Below are positions 39,301 through 49,428 of a stretch of DNA of 64,000 nt, piece after piece. The position numbers and the translations under genes are program-made. Positions within the stretch are counted from its first letter, which is position 1. Every line of letters begins with the position of its first letter. The stretch is taken from the NCBI GenBank assembly GCA_965203325.1, contig OZ241875.1:2528001-2592000 (forward strand), in the 5' to 3' direction. Source of the stretch: a bacterium. GTDB taxonomy: Bacteria > UBA8248. The notes beneath the pieces are model-generated. The model ran no database searches. It saw only the letters and a program-made list of their open reading frames with translations, and was not told the DNA's origin.

Positions 39301-40917
39301 GCCAGTGGCTACAAGTCGCGCAACGGCTTCTTCCTCGGTTAGGCCAATCTCGGGCCACTCCGGCCGTAAAAGAGGATAGAGCTTCCCTGCGAGAACATGA
39401 GCGGCAAGTGCTATCACGACTCCTTCGTCGCCGTGCCTGCCATTCGCTGCGATCCTCTGCCAAAACCGATCGAATATCTCATATTCGCTACGCGGAGCGC
39501 TTTGCACTGAACTATATGGGAGTTCAAGGAAAAGACCGGCAAGAATAGGCCTGCGCAGGAGTATCTTCAGATCTGACGGAAGTTCGGCCCAATTCCGACT
39601 GGTCCTTTTCAAGAGTGAATCAAGTTCCTGGATCGAAAAATCACCAACAGTATATTCGCAAACTGCATCGCTGTCGGTTACAGCAAGCGCCCGTGCCACT
39701 GTGGTCGGAACGGTCAATACCAGGCGAATGCCCCAATCAGTCCAATCTTGGCGGACAAGACCCCTGGCGAGATCGATGTCCTGAACGTCGTCGAGTGCGA
39801 CGACCAGCCCAGAAGTCGCCTTATGTGGCTCCAGTTCACGGAGGAAATTCGACACGGCACGGAGCGACTTTTCGGATGTTTCGCCAAGGCCTTGCTGCCA
39901 AAAATCCTGTGATGCTTGGTTCAGCAGGTCTTTACGAGTTTGGGCAGCACGTACCAAAGTGACGAAATTACGCTGCTGCCCAAGTGCTTCCAGCAATCGT
40001 CCCAACTGCCAAGTCTTGCCAACGCCACTTTCTCCCGCAATGAGCAATACAGGTTTTCCTGCGGGCCATTCGGGAACAGCTCGTACGTCTCGATCAGGCT
40101 GGTACTTAAGTCCGGCAAGACGGCGGCAAGTCAATTCACTCATGGTTTCAGGCAAAATTGCCAACCTATGCAGCCGGTCCGGGTTGAGGCCGACATCCCG
40201 GAATATGGCATCTATGGCAGAAGCGTCGAGCCGTGTTTCACCCTTGCTTAGCTTTTCAAACAGTACGCCGACCAGACGCTCCCGAATCCCACGTTCATCC
40301 CCGAGGTCGGGCGCGTAGCACCGCAAGAGCCTCTCAATTGCTGCCTCGTGCGCGCTACCACTGACGCAAAACTCCATTTCAAAACAAGACAATAGATGGA
40401 AGGTGGCAGCGCGATTCCCGACGGCCGACTGAGGAGTCCCGCGCCTTGTTACGTTGTTGATGCGATCGAAAAACTCGCGGTTGGTCGCAACAATGTCAGG
40501 GCTAATTTTTTTCTTTTCGTCATTATCAAGGTCATCAGGACCGTCAGCCGCCTTCACATCGGCAAGGAACGCCTTGAAGGTATCTAATTTGCCGGATCGG
40601 CCGTCAGTTACGAAACGGTAACGCGAATTCACCGGAAACGATGGCGGTATTGCCTTTTGGAGGTCGCACAGGACAGCTTCCATGTCGGAGAGAGACCACG
40701 TGCCGTCTGCACGGGTCTTGTATTGCTCTACAATATAAATGCCTGATGCCTCCGCACGGGCATCGCCGCCATTGCGAGGCTCCAATACCAAACATGCGTC
40801 ATCAACTACCTGACCGTCCAATTTACCCTTCAAGGTAACGCTGGACAGCCAGCCAATATGGTGAATTATCTGATAGAGAAAGCCATTGATCGCGGCTGGG
40901 CCACCAACTTGAGTCAT
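36379..40917 (-). CDS. Large STAND-like NTPase with N-terminal PD-(D/E)xK-like domain and HEAT-like C-terminus
   Basis: GFLYQ...GGD...EQYK; Walker A GESGVGKT; Walker B VVALDD; FAHD; long helical tail. Confidence 0.75.
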   Translation of the reverse strand: MTQVGGPAAINGFLYQIIHHIGWLSSVTLKGKLDGQVVDDACLVLEPRNGGDARAEASGIYIVEQYKTRADGTWSLSDMEAVLCDLQKAIPPSFPVNSRYRFVTDGRSGKLDTFKAFLADVKAADGPDDLDNDEKKKISPDIVATNREFFDRINNVTRRGTPQSAVGNRAATFHLLSCFEMEFCVSGSAHEAAIERLLRCYAPDLGDERGIRERLVGVLFEKLSKGETRLDASAIDAIFRDVGLNPDRLHRLAILPETMSELTCRRLAGLKYQPDRDVRAVPEWPAGKPVLLIAGESGVGKTWQLGRLLEALGQQRNFVTLVRAAQTRKDLLNQASQDFWQQGLGETSEKSLRAVSNFLRELEPHKATSGLVVALDDVQDIDLARGLVRQDWTDWGIRLVLTVPTTVARALAVTDSDAVCEYTVGDFSIQELDSLLKRTSRNWAELPSDLKILLRRPILAGLFLELPYSSVQSAPRSEYEIFDRFWQRIAANGRHGDEGVVIALAAHVLAGKLYPLLRPEWPEIGLTEEEAVARLVATGWFRSTKSGEVAFAHDRLLNWAVAKSLVQQFDRGELSDDALGEILASQRGKQDQRAPSRLDYVPMDVLWLLAEDEQNSRMLSRLIARMEDRSEYGSYGETLYVHLLPTLGQRVVPILLERLNEITMGSDGDYWLGFIGKAFTSLMQQENCELKEAIDSLLSESSYDLQNVALKMLTAVPSTEYLDRVWELHQQRLYALEEKKDVSRHSDYQTSFTALRAGIELDPGWLRDRILSADAKKEKFSEFGFLLNALEHPDAPSIWKEAGYALMTKVSANKPRCLLYCIARFADRDKLDFVNRHLSSSEDFTSSAALTALSVLDPPAAIDRLVEVDDAELYVFRNHWLPILLRAQPELTRRRILELAETDPPKLRFIVDLFWERPDEVDGTMLRFILRTLENDFRTHPQGALGGDQLWLYHPLDFLGRITRLELLTILEAEAGGELENMIVAAACNRLHTNSNTRDTILENARRVLILMGGDGIATLIKRELESEHFWVRHGGMNWAAVRADDGIVNRLTAIASRPVPQDADENLKSHFYQEFCQSMTALASLGADTALVEILNNSGLEIVSPDLAQLRAHRGPMSKALTEQTLETLQSEKSSEDLLLTALVIAWLSDDADLIPPVRSVLKQADKEGLVAAISCTTLQALGDTSDDFAQLAHSLLYTKENSKCGLQVLIRMGNQGANLLANCLKSEIPLKQNDLEDLIIAALYDNPATRKLSIDTAVKRCRRGQELRDGPYDIAVEGGDAALREQILDKAFAARSFSTMQPLKAIEGLAKFDVMRAVEAIELAFQFHPKIEWELCKLLVRIAPESAARRLVDAAVSIERKSFRPAVGRALRRLDSGVVSQLLVERMSGLVSERKIAAELAGWLPTSAISDAVGRLAEQDSAIEVKHAALAALERHRRETNVAALLAAFPMATPDRRWSLLVAILEAGDPYLLTDCEDSLWLDNILTNDMPFVYKHHADAVLLQRKKRED

Positions 40918-41818
40918 ATTTTCTCTTCGGGTTAATCTTCAAATGTATACATGAAGAATCGGAATTCCCTAGTTTAATGCCTTGAATTAACTCAACACCT
41001 TCTGCTGCTTAGAGCCATTAATATGTATTGTAACAGAAGAGGGGTCGCCAGACTCCTGTTGTGCATCTTGCCCGGGCGCCACCTATCCATCTTTTTATGA
41101 ACTTAATCTGGGCCGATCCACCGCGTCGTCCGTCTTCAGAACAGTTAGGGATTTTCAACAGTAATGAAATCTCATTATCCCGTTGATTTCATTGAAATAT
41201 GTTGAATATCCGTAATCTCGCTCGGGGTTCGCCTTTCGCAGAGCGCAATTAAAACGGAAACGAGGAGAATCAAACCCCCGGGCATCTCGGCGCGGGTCTG
41301 TCGGAGTCCTCCCAAACCTGGCTTACAACGGCTTGAGCACAGCCAGTCACCAGCGATCCACAGTCTTGGTTCAGCAGCCACCGCTCCGCGCACCATGATA
41401 GCGCCTGATTCGTCGCCAGCGGTCTGGCAACCGCCACACAGCCCGTTTAAAATCTTTGGGACCAAGGTGCCAGAGATAGAGCTCCAGCGGTTCGGGTTAT
41501 AGCGCCTTGGATGGATTCGAGGATAGTCGTTCGTATCTCTCGGTTAATTGTTGAGACGCAGAAGAAATTACATTAAGGTTGATCAGGGCTTCAATCAAAG
41601 GCACCGGGATTACCGGAAAACGCTCACCCTTCCAGACGCGCCCTGTATGATGGACATGAAGCGTTTCAACGACATGCAGGCCGATGTATTGTCTGAGCTT
41701 TGGCGCATATACCTGGATACCGACAAGTCTTGAAGTGCGGAAACCGCTTGATTCTTTCTCAAAGAGTGTTTTTGACTGCGCTTTCCCGGCCGGATGAAAA
41801 TGAGACGAAGAGATACCG

Positions 41819-43063
41819 ATGCTGACGCTGAGCAGGCTGAAATCCCCAAAAGTTCTTATAGTTTTGCTGATTGTTTTTCTTATTTGCTTGTTGGCCGCTT
41901 TTGCGGGCGTGATGATCACTGTAAAACCGGTGTGGGCCTTCAGACTCTTTGGAATATCCGACAAGTTCAGAATTCTGAACTTTCTGGGCGTCGCTATGGG
42001 CGGCATCCTGCTCGCCATCCAGGCCGTACTATCCTACAAACGCGCCAAGGCGATGGAGGATGCTGCGAATGCGCAGGCCGGAGCTACTGCGGAGCAAGCA
42101 AAAGCCAACCAGAACACCGAGAAGGGACTGCGGCAGGAACGCCTGAGAAACGCCATCGAGCATCTGGGGCACCATTCGGACTCCGTGCGCCTTGGCGGGG
42201 CCTATGAACTCTTCCATCTGGCGCAAGATACCGACGACCTTCGCCAAACCGTTCTGGATATTCTCTGCGCCTATATACGCCGCACGACGGGCGAAGACGA
42301 GTATCGGGAACAACACAAGTCGAAACCCTCTGAGGAAATTCAAGGTTTGCTGACTTTGCTTTTCGTGCAGGAGCATGAAGTCTTCAAAGGTCTTCACATC
42401 AACTTGCAGGGGAGTTGGCTGAATGGAGCGGATCTAGGGGGAGCACACCTTGCAGAGGCCAATCTGGCTGGTGCGCATATGCGAGCGACTGATCTTGGAG
42501 ATTCATATCTCCAAGGTTCGAATCTAAATGGAGCACAGATGCAAGCGATTGATCTCAGTAGATCCTGCTTGCAAAGTTCTACGGTGGCGAGAACACAGAT
42601 GCAAGGCGCTTATCTGCTGGGAACACGGATGCAATGCGCTTACCTATCAGAGACGCAAATGCAAGGGGCTTATCTTTGCAGGACCGAAATGCAGGGGACT
42701 CTCTTTGCCAAGGTGCATATGCAAGGAGCCGGAAATTCGGTATGGGATATCGATATGTCTTTTCCAGAGCGCATCAAGGAGGCTATCGGGAAGGAAACCG
42801 ATTTTTCCGAGGTCATATTGCGTGGTGGGTTAAGTCAGGAAAACGTGGATTTTCTTGCCAAGGGATTGTCCGATGTGAGAAAGGATTGTCCCGATACGGG
42901 CGTATCCTATTGTGGGGATGCGCAGATGTTACGCGAGATGCTCGAGCCGCACATTGACAAGCCGACTGATTGGAATCTGAGGGAAGGTATGGAGGTTTAT
43001 ACCGGATCTTATACAAAGGAAGAAGCCGAAGTATGGATTGCCGTGTACGATAGGGTTTCATAG
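41819..43063 (+). CDS. Membrane-anchored pentapeptide-repeat protein
   Basis: Two TM helices, VRLGGAYEL, repeated LQGSW/LNGAD/MQGAY pentapeptides. Confidence 0.88.
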   Translation: MLTLSRLKSPKVLIVLLIVFLICLLAAFAGVMITVKPVWAFRLFGISDKFRILNFLGVAMGGILLAIQAVLSYKRAKAMEDAANAQAGATAEQAKANQNTEKGLRQERLRNAIEHLGHHSDSVRLGGAYELFHLAQDTDDLRQTVLDILCAYIRRTTGEDEYREQHKSKPSEEIQGLLTLLFVQEHEVFKGLHINLQGSWLNGADLGGAHLAEANLAGAHMRATDLGDSYLQGSNLNGAQMQAIDLSRSCLQSSTVARTQMQGAYLLGTRMQCAYLSETQMQGAYLCRTEMQGTLFAKVHMQGAGNSVWDIDMSFPERIKEAIGKETDFSEVILRGGLSQENVDFLAKGLSDVRKDCPDTGVSYCGDAQMLREMLEPHIDKPTDWNLREGMEVYTGSYTKEEAEVWIAVYDRVS

Positions 43064-43324
43064 CGGGCATCGACGGGGAATAAAAAAGCCGGAAATGAAC
43101 ACGGATCATACCGACGCTGAGCTAGTTAAAGAGTGGCTGTGATTTCTTGCTCAACCTTCACGATTCCACTGGGCGTTTTACGTTAATGGGCAAAATGACT
43201 GAGAATATCCTGGTTTCAAAGGCAATTACATACAAATGCCAAAGTCCGTTGACGCTAGTACCGGCTTGATTTGGGCTGCGCCTCGCTTATCCAATCTAAA
43301 GCTGCAGAGAAGAAGGCGCGATCA

Positions 43325-44188
43325 ATGACGACCCATGATGAAGGTATACAAGCGAAACTCGACGCAGCGCGTCGCACATTAGATGTTCTACGCGCCGAGG
43401 TTCGGACGTTTGCCCAAACACAGCGCGATAAAGTAGAGGTGATCCAAACTGGAGAGAAGTCCTGGAGTCCTAGACTTACGGATAAATTCGATGCGCCTCC
43501 GACAAAATGGTCCATCTTGATAGGAGAGATAGCTTATCATCTCAGATCGTTGCTTGATCATTTGGTTTATAAACTTGTTTGTGAAAACGGTGGAAATCCG
43601 ACCAAACAAAACGAATTCCCCATCGTTTGGGAAATAGACAAAGTTATCCATAAAGTAATCTATTCAGAAAAAGGTTCTGAATACGTGAAGAAAGGACGTG
43701 AATATATAGACAAGAAAGCACTTAAAGGGGTCGATGAACAGAAAAAGGCCAAAATTTTATTGAACCAGGGGTTTATCGCTCATGTAGGTGAGTATGGTTC
43801 CTACGATCTCAACGCCAATCCATTTGAGTTTAGTCATTTGGCATACCTTTGTAATGTGGATAAACACAGACATTTAGTTTCGGTTGAACCCAAACTAGGT
43901 GGTCTTACAGACGATTATCGTGTCCGTCAGGATGAGACTATAAAAAAGGGTGAACTTCCACCAAGGCTTTGCAACACTGATTTCGAAATAGATGTCTGCT
44001 TTCGTTTTGAACAAGACGATGATCGACCATCCGATTTGGCCGGGTCGGTTGACGATGTTCTGACGGATATCATTTTGGCTGTTGAACATACGATTTGCTA
44101 CATATCGGGTAGTTCATCTCGGCCGTTCGCCGATCTTGCCAACGACGAAAAATATCAACTGCGCCGCAGAGACCAGATAATGCCGTAG
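43325..44188 (+). CDS. Hypothetical protein, possibly HEPN-like
   Basis: Long low-GC ORF; HLRSLLDHL and NVDKHR motifs. Confidence 0.6.
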   Translation: MTTHDEGIQAKLDAARRTLDVLRAEVRTFAQTQRDKVEVIQTGEKSWSPRLTDKFDAPPTKWSILIGEIAYHLRSLLDHLVYKLVCENGGNPTKQNEFPIVWEIDKVIHKVIYSEKGSEYVKKGREYIDKKALKGVDEQKKAKILLNQGFIAHVGEYGSYDLNANPFEFSHLAYLCNVDKHRHLVSVEPKLGGLTDDYRVRQDETIKKGELPPRLCNTDFEIDVCFRFEQDDDRPSDLAGSVDDVLTDIILAVEHTICYISGSSSRPFADLANDEKYQLRRRDQIMP

Positions 44189-44753
44189 TGATACTGAAAA
44201 CTGTTGTCAGATATTGCGGTAGGGTCCTCAAGCGATGAATGAAAGGAAATGGCTGGAGGAATCTCGTGAACATGACGGGCCTTGATAATCATTTTAGAAA
44301 CCAGGCAAAAACGGACCGGAATTTCAATGATTTTTTCATGGGCCCGGGATCTTGTTTCCCTGCGCCACGCGACTCTTGGTTTCGAGTTCACGCATTGTCG
44401 TCCGCAGAGTTCGATCGATTGGACTATTCAAGCTCCGGTTTCGCTGTTTTTTGCTGGCATTTGCGGCGCAACTTCGATGTTACGGCTGATTTCGCGCCCA
44501 AGTTCGGCCCTCTTGAGTCGAGGGCTATGGCAATGTTTGACGCCTAGGCCATATCCCGGGAGCGGAGGAGGAATCGTGTGTGGGTCTTGGCGGCGGACAT
44601 TCCTTTGACGTTGTGCAGGTCGTTGCGATCATTGTAGCATGTGGTGGCAGGAGGTGCAGACTAAATTTGTAATCTTGCGGGTGTGCCCTTCCGTGACACG
44701 CGGAATCCTGGATTGGCGGGATAATCTCAGGTTGTCCGTTCTCTTCCCGAGAG

Positions 44754-45200
44754 GTGAGTGAGATGAAGAACGTTCTTGATGACGTGACCGACGAAAAGGT
44801 CGACGCCCAGCATATCAGTCGGCGGGTCAACGACTGGATACAGCGCGTGAAGAACCTCTACACCGAAATTGGCGAGTGGCTGCCGGACGGCTGGACCGCG
44901 CAGGAGGGAGAGTCGGTGTGCATGCACGAAGAAATGATGCGCAGGTTCAATGTGGCGTCAAGGCAGATTCCAACGCTCCTGCTCGTCAATGGTTCGGGGA
45001 ACAGCGCACGGCTCGAACCGCGCGGACTTTGGATCATCGGCGCGAATGGCCGGATTGATATGAAGTTTGGGAGCCGTCACTACCTCATCGTTGACGTGGC
45101 CGGCAGTTTTGAAACGCCGGATTGGCAGGTTTCGGACGCCGAACTGCGGCTCGACCGGGAAGCCCTGACGGAAAGCTGGCTCAAGCGGACACTATCGTGA
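44754..45200 (+). CDS. Hypothetical protein
   Basis: GAGG RBS; stop overlaps the GTG start of the next gene. Confidence 0.7.
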   Translation: MSEMKNVLDDVTDEKVDAQHISRRVNDWIQRVKNLYTEIGEWLPDGWTAQEGESVCMHEEMMRRFNVASRQIPTLLLVNGSGNSARLEPRGLWIIGANGRIDMKFGSRHYLIVDVAGSFETPDWQVSDAELRLDREALTESWLKRTLS

Positions 45201-45658
45201 AAGACCTTGAGGCCATCGCCGCAGTGTATGAGCAAATAGACAATTTTCTGGAAAGCTGCCGGGATACGGCAGGTGGGACTGGCGAGCGTGACGAGCAAAT
45301 CGCGCTAAAGCAACGAATCAACGATCAGGCGTATTTCGTGCTGGCCTGGGGACAACTCGAGGCGGAAATAGAGGAGGCATGTCGGCAGGCAATTCGCCGT
45401 GGGCAGGAACACGGAGACTGGAAGTACCGTCGGGCGTGGTCGCTATACAACCCAGAAGACCGAAGGCTGTCGGGTTTGAGTTTAGAGGACCGATTGACGC
45501 TAGTCCTCGAAAAAGGCACGGAGTACTGGAAACAGGCGATGCAACATTATAATGTTCGTAACCAGATCGCTCATGGTGCTCTGCGGTCGGAAAGAATCGA
45601 CGTATCGAGTATCATCCAGGACTTCTATCGCATTCAATCATCACTGACACGTTCGTAA
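45197..45658 (+). CDS. HEPN-domain protein
   Basis: Helical ~153 aa; RNQIAH (Rx4H) near the C-terminus. Confidence 0.7.
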   Translation: MKDLEAIAAVYEQIDNFLESCRDTAGGTGERDEQIALKQRINDQAYFVLAWGQLEAEIEEACRQAIRRGQEHGDWKYRRAWSLYNPEDRRLSGLSLEDRLTLVLEKGTEYWKQAMQHYNVRNQIAHGALRSERIDVSSIIQDFYRIQSSLTRS

Positions 45659-45801
45659 CTTTCTATTTTGACCGATTTTGCCTTGAAAAGTTCATCCTTT
45701 TTCGTCTCGAACCCGAACTTTTAAAGTTGTCTTTTCATCGACTACATCACCATTCTAATCTGAAACTTACCCGCATCACCCGCAAAAATTTTGAAGCCAA
45801 C

Positions 45802-46107
45802 TCAATCCCGCCCCGATTTGCCCGGCAATTCCGGCGCGACCTCGGAGATATTTTTGCTGATTTGCTCGATCTCTGCCTCGCGTCCAGCCCTCTCCATGTC
45901 GCGAATGATGGCCTGCGCGGTGAACATGGTTGAGCGCAACAAGTGGATTTCCGCTTCGGTTCGGGGCCATTCGCGGCGCTCCAAGGCTTCCATCACGAAC
46001 TCTACCACCAGTCGGTTGGGCGACATTTCGCGCTTTTCGGCCTCATTTTCAATTCGTTTCCACTGTTCGGGCGTGACTCTGATGTTCTTCTGTATCGTCT
46101 GAACCAT
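45802..46107 (-). CDS. Ribbon-helix-helix-like DNA-binding protein
   Basis: QKNIRVTPEQWKRIENEAEKREMSPNRLV pattern. Confidence 0.6.
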   Translation of the reverse strand: MVQTIQKNIRVTPEQWKRIENEAEKREMSPNRLVVEFVMEALERREWPRTEAEIHLLRSTMFTAQAIIRDMERAGREAEIEQISKNISEVAPELPGKSGRD

Positions 46108-46238
46108 CCGTTTCACCGCTCCTTTCGTGAAGATTTTCAGCCGTTCCGGTCGCAAAACGACCGCAAAATTCTCATTTCCTGCACCAAACACACCCGTATC
46201 GAGCCCAAAAACCATGCCCATGACGTCGTTTCATGAAC

Positions 46239-46395
46239 TACCATATTGGTAGCTATCATAACGCAGCGCGTGCCCGTGTACTACCAATCTGGTATCCCGC
46301 AGGAAGTCCCCGTATTACATCGTATTACAATGAGCATGCGCCCTTTTTAAGTGCAGAAATTTCAAAGAGATAGCGTAATACCAGATTGGTATTAC
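46239..46395. promoter_or_regulatory. Three TACCA-N3-TGGTA palindromes
   Basis: At 46239, 46282 and 46379, upstream of the RHH gene. Confidence 0.6.
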
Positions 46396-46785
46396 TTGTT
46401 TCGGCATGACAGAAGCCCGCGGGGGGATGAACTATAAAAGCAGGGAGCAGGAGATCGCAGTCATTCGCAGCCCACGCGACACCAGCATCAGCGATGCGTC
46501 CGGTGTGAAACCCGAAGCGCCGAAGGGCGTCAGATTGCCGGATTCGTGAGAACGAGAGATGGGGGAACTTGCGCCGGAGAGAATGGCGAGCGGAAGCCGC
46601 CGTGGCACTTGAGCGGACAGAGCGAGGGGCAAGAGGGATTAGAGTGCTGAACCTTGCGCCTGGATTCACGAGCGGCAGGCGAACAGGGCGCTGCAGCTCG
46701 CGCTTTTAATCACAAGCAGACGAACGACACGGGAAGCAACGGGCCGCGCCGCCGGGGTGGCGACGCGACCCGTTGAGCGTTCACG

Positions 46786-47745
46786 TCAGGCGGCGATTCT
46801 CTTCACGGGGATGCCCAGGGTGCGGGCCTTGTCGACGAGGTTATCGGTGATGCCCGAACCCGGGAACGCGATCACGCCCTTGGGGAGGAGTGAGAGCAGC
46901 TCGTCGTTGCGGCGGAAGGGAGCCGCCCTGCCGTGGGCGTCCCAGTCGGGCTTGCAGACGATCTGGTGGACGCCGTTCCGCTCGGCCCATCCCGCCGCGA
47001 CCTTCTCCGCGCCGGGGCCGCCGCCGTGGACGAGGACGACGTCGGCGTACTTGGCTTTCAGCTTGTCGAGCTGGCCGATGATCTTGCCGGCGTCGGTGGC
47101 TTCCTTGCCTCCCGCGACGGCGACGAGGGTTCCCTGGGGGAGGTGGGCCGTGTTCTCGCGGTCCTTTTTCGCGCGCTGGAAGTCACGCGCCTCGATCACC
47201 GCCGACGTGAGCTTGCCGGTCTGCGAGACGTGCGAGCCTCGCCTCGGACGCCAGACCTCGCCGGTCTCGACGCGGTAGGCCTCTGCGGCCGTGTCGCGCA
47301 GCCCCTCGAAGGCGTCGCGGCGGGCGGTGAGATTCTCGGCGCGGTCGGTGGCGAGTTCGAGTTCGCGGGAGCGGATCTCCGATCCGTCCTGCTCGCGCTG
47401 GAGTTCACGGATGCCGGGGATGAGCTTGTCGGCGGCGCGGTCGAGCCGCTGTGTCTGGGCGTCGAGGGTGTTGACGAAGCCCCAGAGGAGGTTTCTTCGC
47501 TCGTCGGCCAGCTGCGTGCCGTCGGGTGCTGCCTCGGCGAGCAGGTGGAATGCCTTGAGGACGGCGGCGGTGGACTCCGCCTCGCCCCAGACGGGCCGGT
47601 TGTCGAACTCGTCCGGTCCCGGGGTCGCGCCGAAAAGCTGGGCCTGTTCGCAGACCATGGCGGTGAAGGATTCGTTCTGCGCTTCGATGTTGTCGACCTC
47701 GTGCATGATCATCTCCTTGTGGTCGTGTGTCGCGGTGGCAGTCAT
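46786..47745 (-). CDS. DUF2493 (SLOG-like) domain protein
   Basis: LVHGGGPGAE, PDWDAHGRAAPFRRN, AFPGSG. Confidence 0.85.
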   Translation of the reverse strand: MTATATHDHKEMIMHEVDNIEAQNESFTAMVCEQAQLFGATPGPDEFDNRPVWGEAESTAAVLKAFHLLAEAAPDGTQLADERRNLLWGFVNTLDAQTQRLDRAADKLIPGIRELQREQDGSEIRSRELELATDRAENLTARRDAFEGLRDTAAEAYRVETGEVWRPRRGSHVSQTGKLTSAVIEARDFQRAKKDRENTAHLPQGTLVAVAGGKEATDAGKIIGQLDKLKAKYADVVLVHGGGPGAEKVAAGWAERNGVHQIVCKPDWDAHGRAAPFRRNDELLSLLPKGVIAFPGSGITDNLVDKARTLGIPVKRIAA

Positions 47746-47766
47746 CGTTCACTCCTTTCGTTGCCC

Positions 47767-48141
47767 TCAAGCGAGGGGATGGTTGAATTCGGGAAGAGCG
47801 TAGCCACGCTCGTTGCGCCCCACTTCTTTCGGCATCTCGTCGAGATACCCGGCGGCCCACTCGGCGGCGCGCGCGAGGACGTCGCCGTGACACGGGAGGG
47901 GATGGCAGTGGCAGCCGAGTTCGCAGCCTTGCAGGTCGGCGAGTTCGTAGAGGTCCTGCTCCTCGCGCCGGATTCTTTCCCAGAGCCATCGCCGGTATTT
48001 TTCGATCACCTCGTCGCGCTCGCCGTCCTGGCCGATGCGGAAGGGGTTTCCCCACTTCGTCCTGCGGTCGATCCTGACCAGCAAGCCGCCGCCGAACTGG
48101 GGAGCAACGTAGTCGTTCAGGTTCACCACGGTGGTTTCCAT
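47767..48141 (-). CDS. DUF4326 domain protein
   Basis: IDRRTKWGNPF...LGCHCHPLPCHGDVL. Confidence 0.88.
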   Translation of the reverse strand: METTVVNLNDYVAPQFGGGLLVRIDRRTKWGNPFRIGQDGERDEVIEKYRRWLWERIRREEQDLYELADLQGCELGCHCHPLPCHGDVLARAAEWAAGYLDEMPKEVGRNERGYALPEFNHPLA

Positions 48142-48177
48142 GCCTTTCTCCTTTCCAGAGAGTTAACGGATGCGCTT

Positions 48178-48371
48178 CTTAGCGCCCCATTTTCAGCACG
48201 TAAGGGCATCGGGTTTTCGATGCCCGTAGGCGAGCGAATCAAGGGCTTGTCATTTTCCGGGGGGTTCCCGAAAAACACGGTTCATCGTTTTTTGGGGGGC
48301 ACCGGCAAATGATGGCCGCTTGCGGCCACCCTTTATTCGCTCGGCGTTCGTGCTAAAATGAGGACGCTAAG
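48178..48371. promoter_or_regulatory. Large imperfect hairpin, possibly an Frpo/ssi-like single-strand promoter
   Basis: Nested pairings CTTAGCG/CGCTAAG, AGCACG/CGTGCT, GAGCGAAT/ATTCGCTC, TCATTT/AAATGA. Confidence 0.5.
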
Positions 48372-48751
48372 AGAGAGAGGGTAGTACCGCCACCGGGACA
48401 CAAGAGCCTCTGGTGTTTCACGATGAAGGCGAAGCTCATCGGGAAACAATCTCTCATGCTGCGGAAAGGGTCATTTCGGGCCGTCTTTTCCGGCCCGAAA
48501 TTCCGCAGCGGGGGGTGGACCGAGCCACTATCCAGGGGATGCGGTGATTGCAGGAGCATGCCGATCTTCCGGGAACACGGTTCATCGTTCACGGAACCGG
48601 AGATTTACCGGGTGTTCCCGGTAGAGGAGAGAGTCGGCAGGGCGGGAAAAGGCGTGAGAGACAGGAGAGGATGTTCGGGGCATAGCGGACTTCCTCGAGA
48701 TCCGGAGCAAAATGAAAGGGCTGACGCCGAAGCGCCAGCCCCTTGAAGCGC

Positions 48752-49204
48752 TCAAAATGGAATTTCTTCGCCCACAACGCCGGCGGGCACCGCCACGTCC
48801 GCCGTCTCGGCGTGCGCGCCGTTTCCGTTACCGTTGCCATTGCCGTTCCCGTTCGCCTTGTCGAGGAACTGGACGCGCCCGCCCGGGGCGATGAGGATCT
48901 CGGTCGAGAAGCGATCCGAGTCTTCCCCGTCCTTCTTCCAGCGGCGGGTCTGGAGCTTGCCCGCGACGTAGATCAGGCGGCCCTTCTTCGCGTGCTTTTC
49001 GAACATATCCACCAGCCCGGGCTGGAAGGTGACGACCCGGTGCCACTCGGTCTTGTCCACCCGCTCGCCGGACTGCTTATCGATGTAGCCCTCATCCGTC
49101 GCGATGGACAGGTTCGCGACGCGCCCCCCGCTCGTGAGATGGTTGATGGTGACGTCGGCGCCGAGACGCCCGATCAGTTCCGCTCTGTTGAGTCCGAATG
49201 CCAT
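48752..49204 (-). CDS. ssb: Single-stranded DNA-binding protein
   Basis: LNRAELIGRLG, KTEWHRVV, GKLQTRRW, C-terminal EEIPF. Confidence 0.95.
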   Translation of the reverse strand: MAFGLNRAELIGRLGADVTINHLTSGGRVANLSIATDEGYIDKQSGERVDKTEWHRVVTFQPGLVDMFEKHAKKGRLIYVAGKLQTRRWKKDGEDSDRFSTEILIAPGGRVQFLDKANGNGNGNGNGNGAHAETADVAVPAGVVGEEIPF

Positions 49205-49281
49205 GATAATTCTCCTTCGTGGTGTGAGTGTGAAAAAGTGTTGGGAGGGAGAGAGCCTCTCTCTCCACCCCCCGGTTCGCC

Positions 49282-49428
49282 CTACACGCTACAAAACTCC
49301 TCCTCGCCCCCCGTCTCCGGGTGGAGCGCCTCGGCGCGCAGCTTGCGGATCGTGTACGCGTCGAGTCCGAGTTCTGCGAGCAGTTCGTCCGTGGTGGGAA
49401 CATCGACGTCGTAGTCGTTCTCGTACAT
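49282..49428 (-). CDS. Small acidic protein, 48 aa (below the ORF-track cutoff)
   Basis: GGAGG RBS, then MYENDYDVDVPTTDELLAELGLDAYTIRKLRAEALHPETGGEEEFCSV. Confidence 0.5.
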   Translation of the reverse strand: MYENDYDVDVPTTDELLAELGLDAYTIRKLRAEALHPETGGEEEFCSV

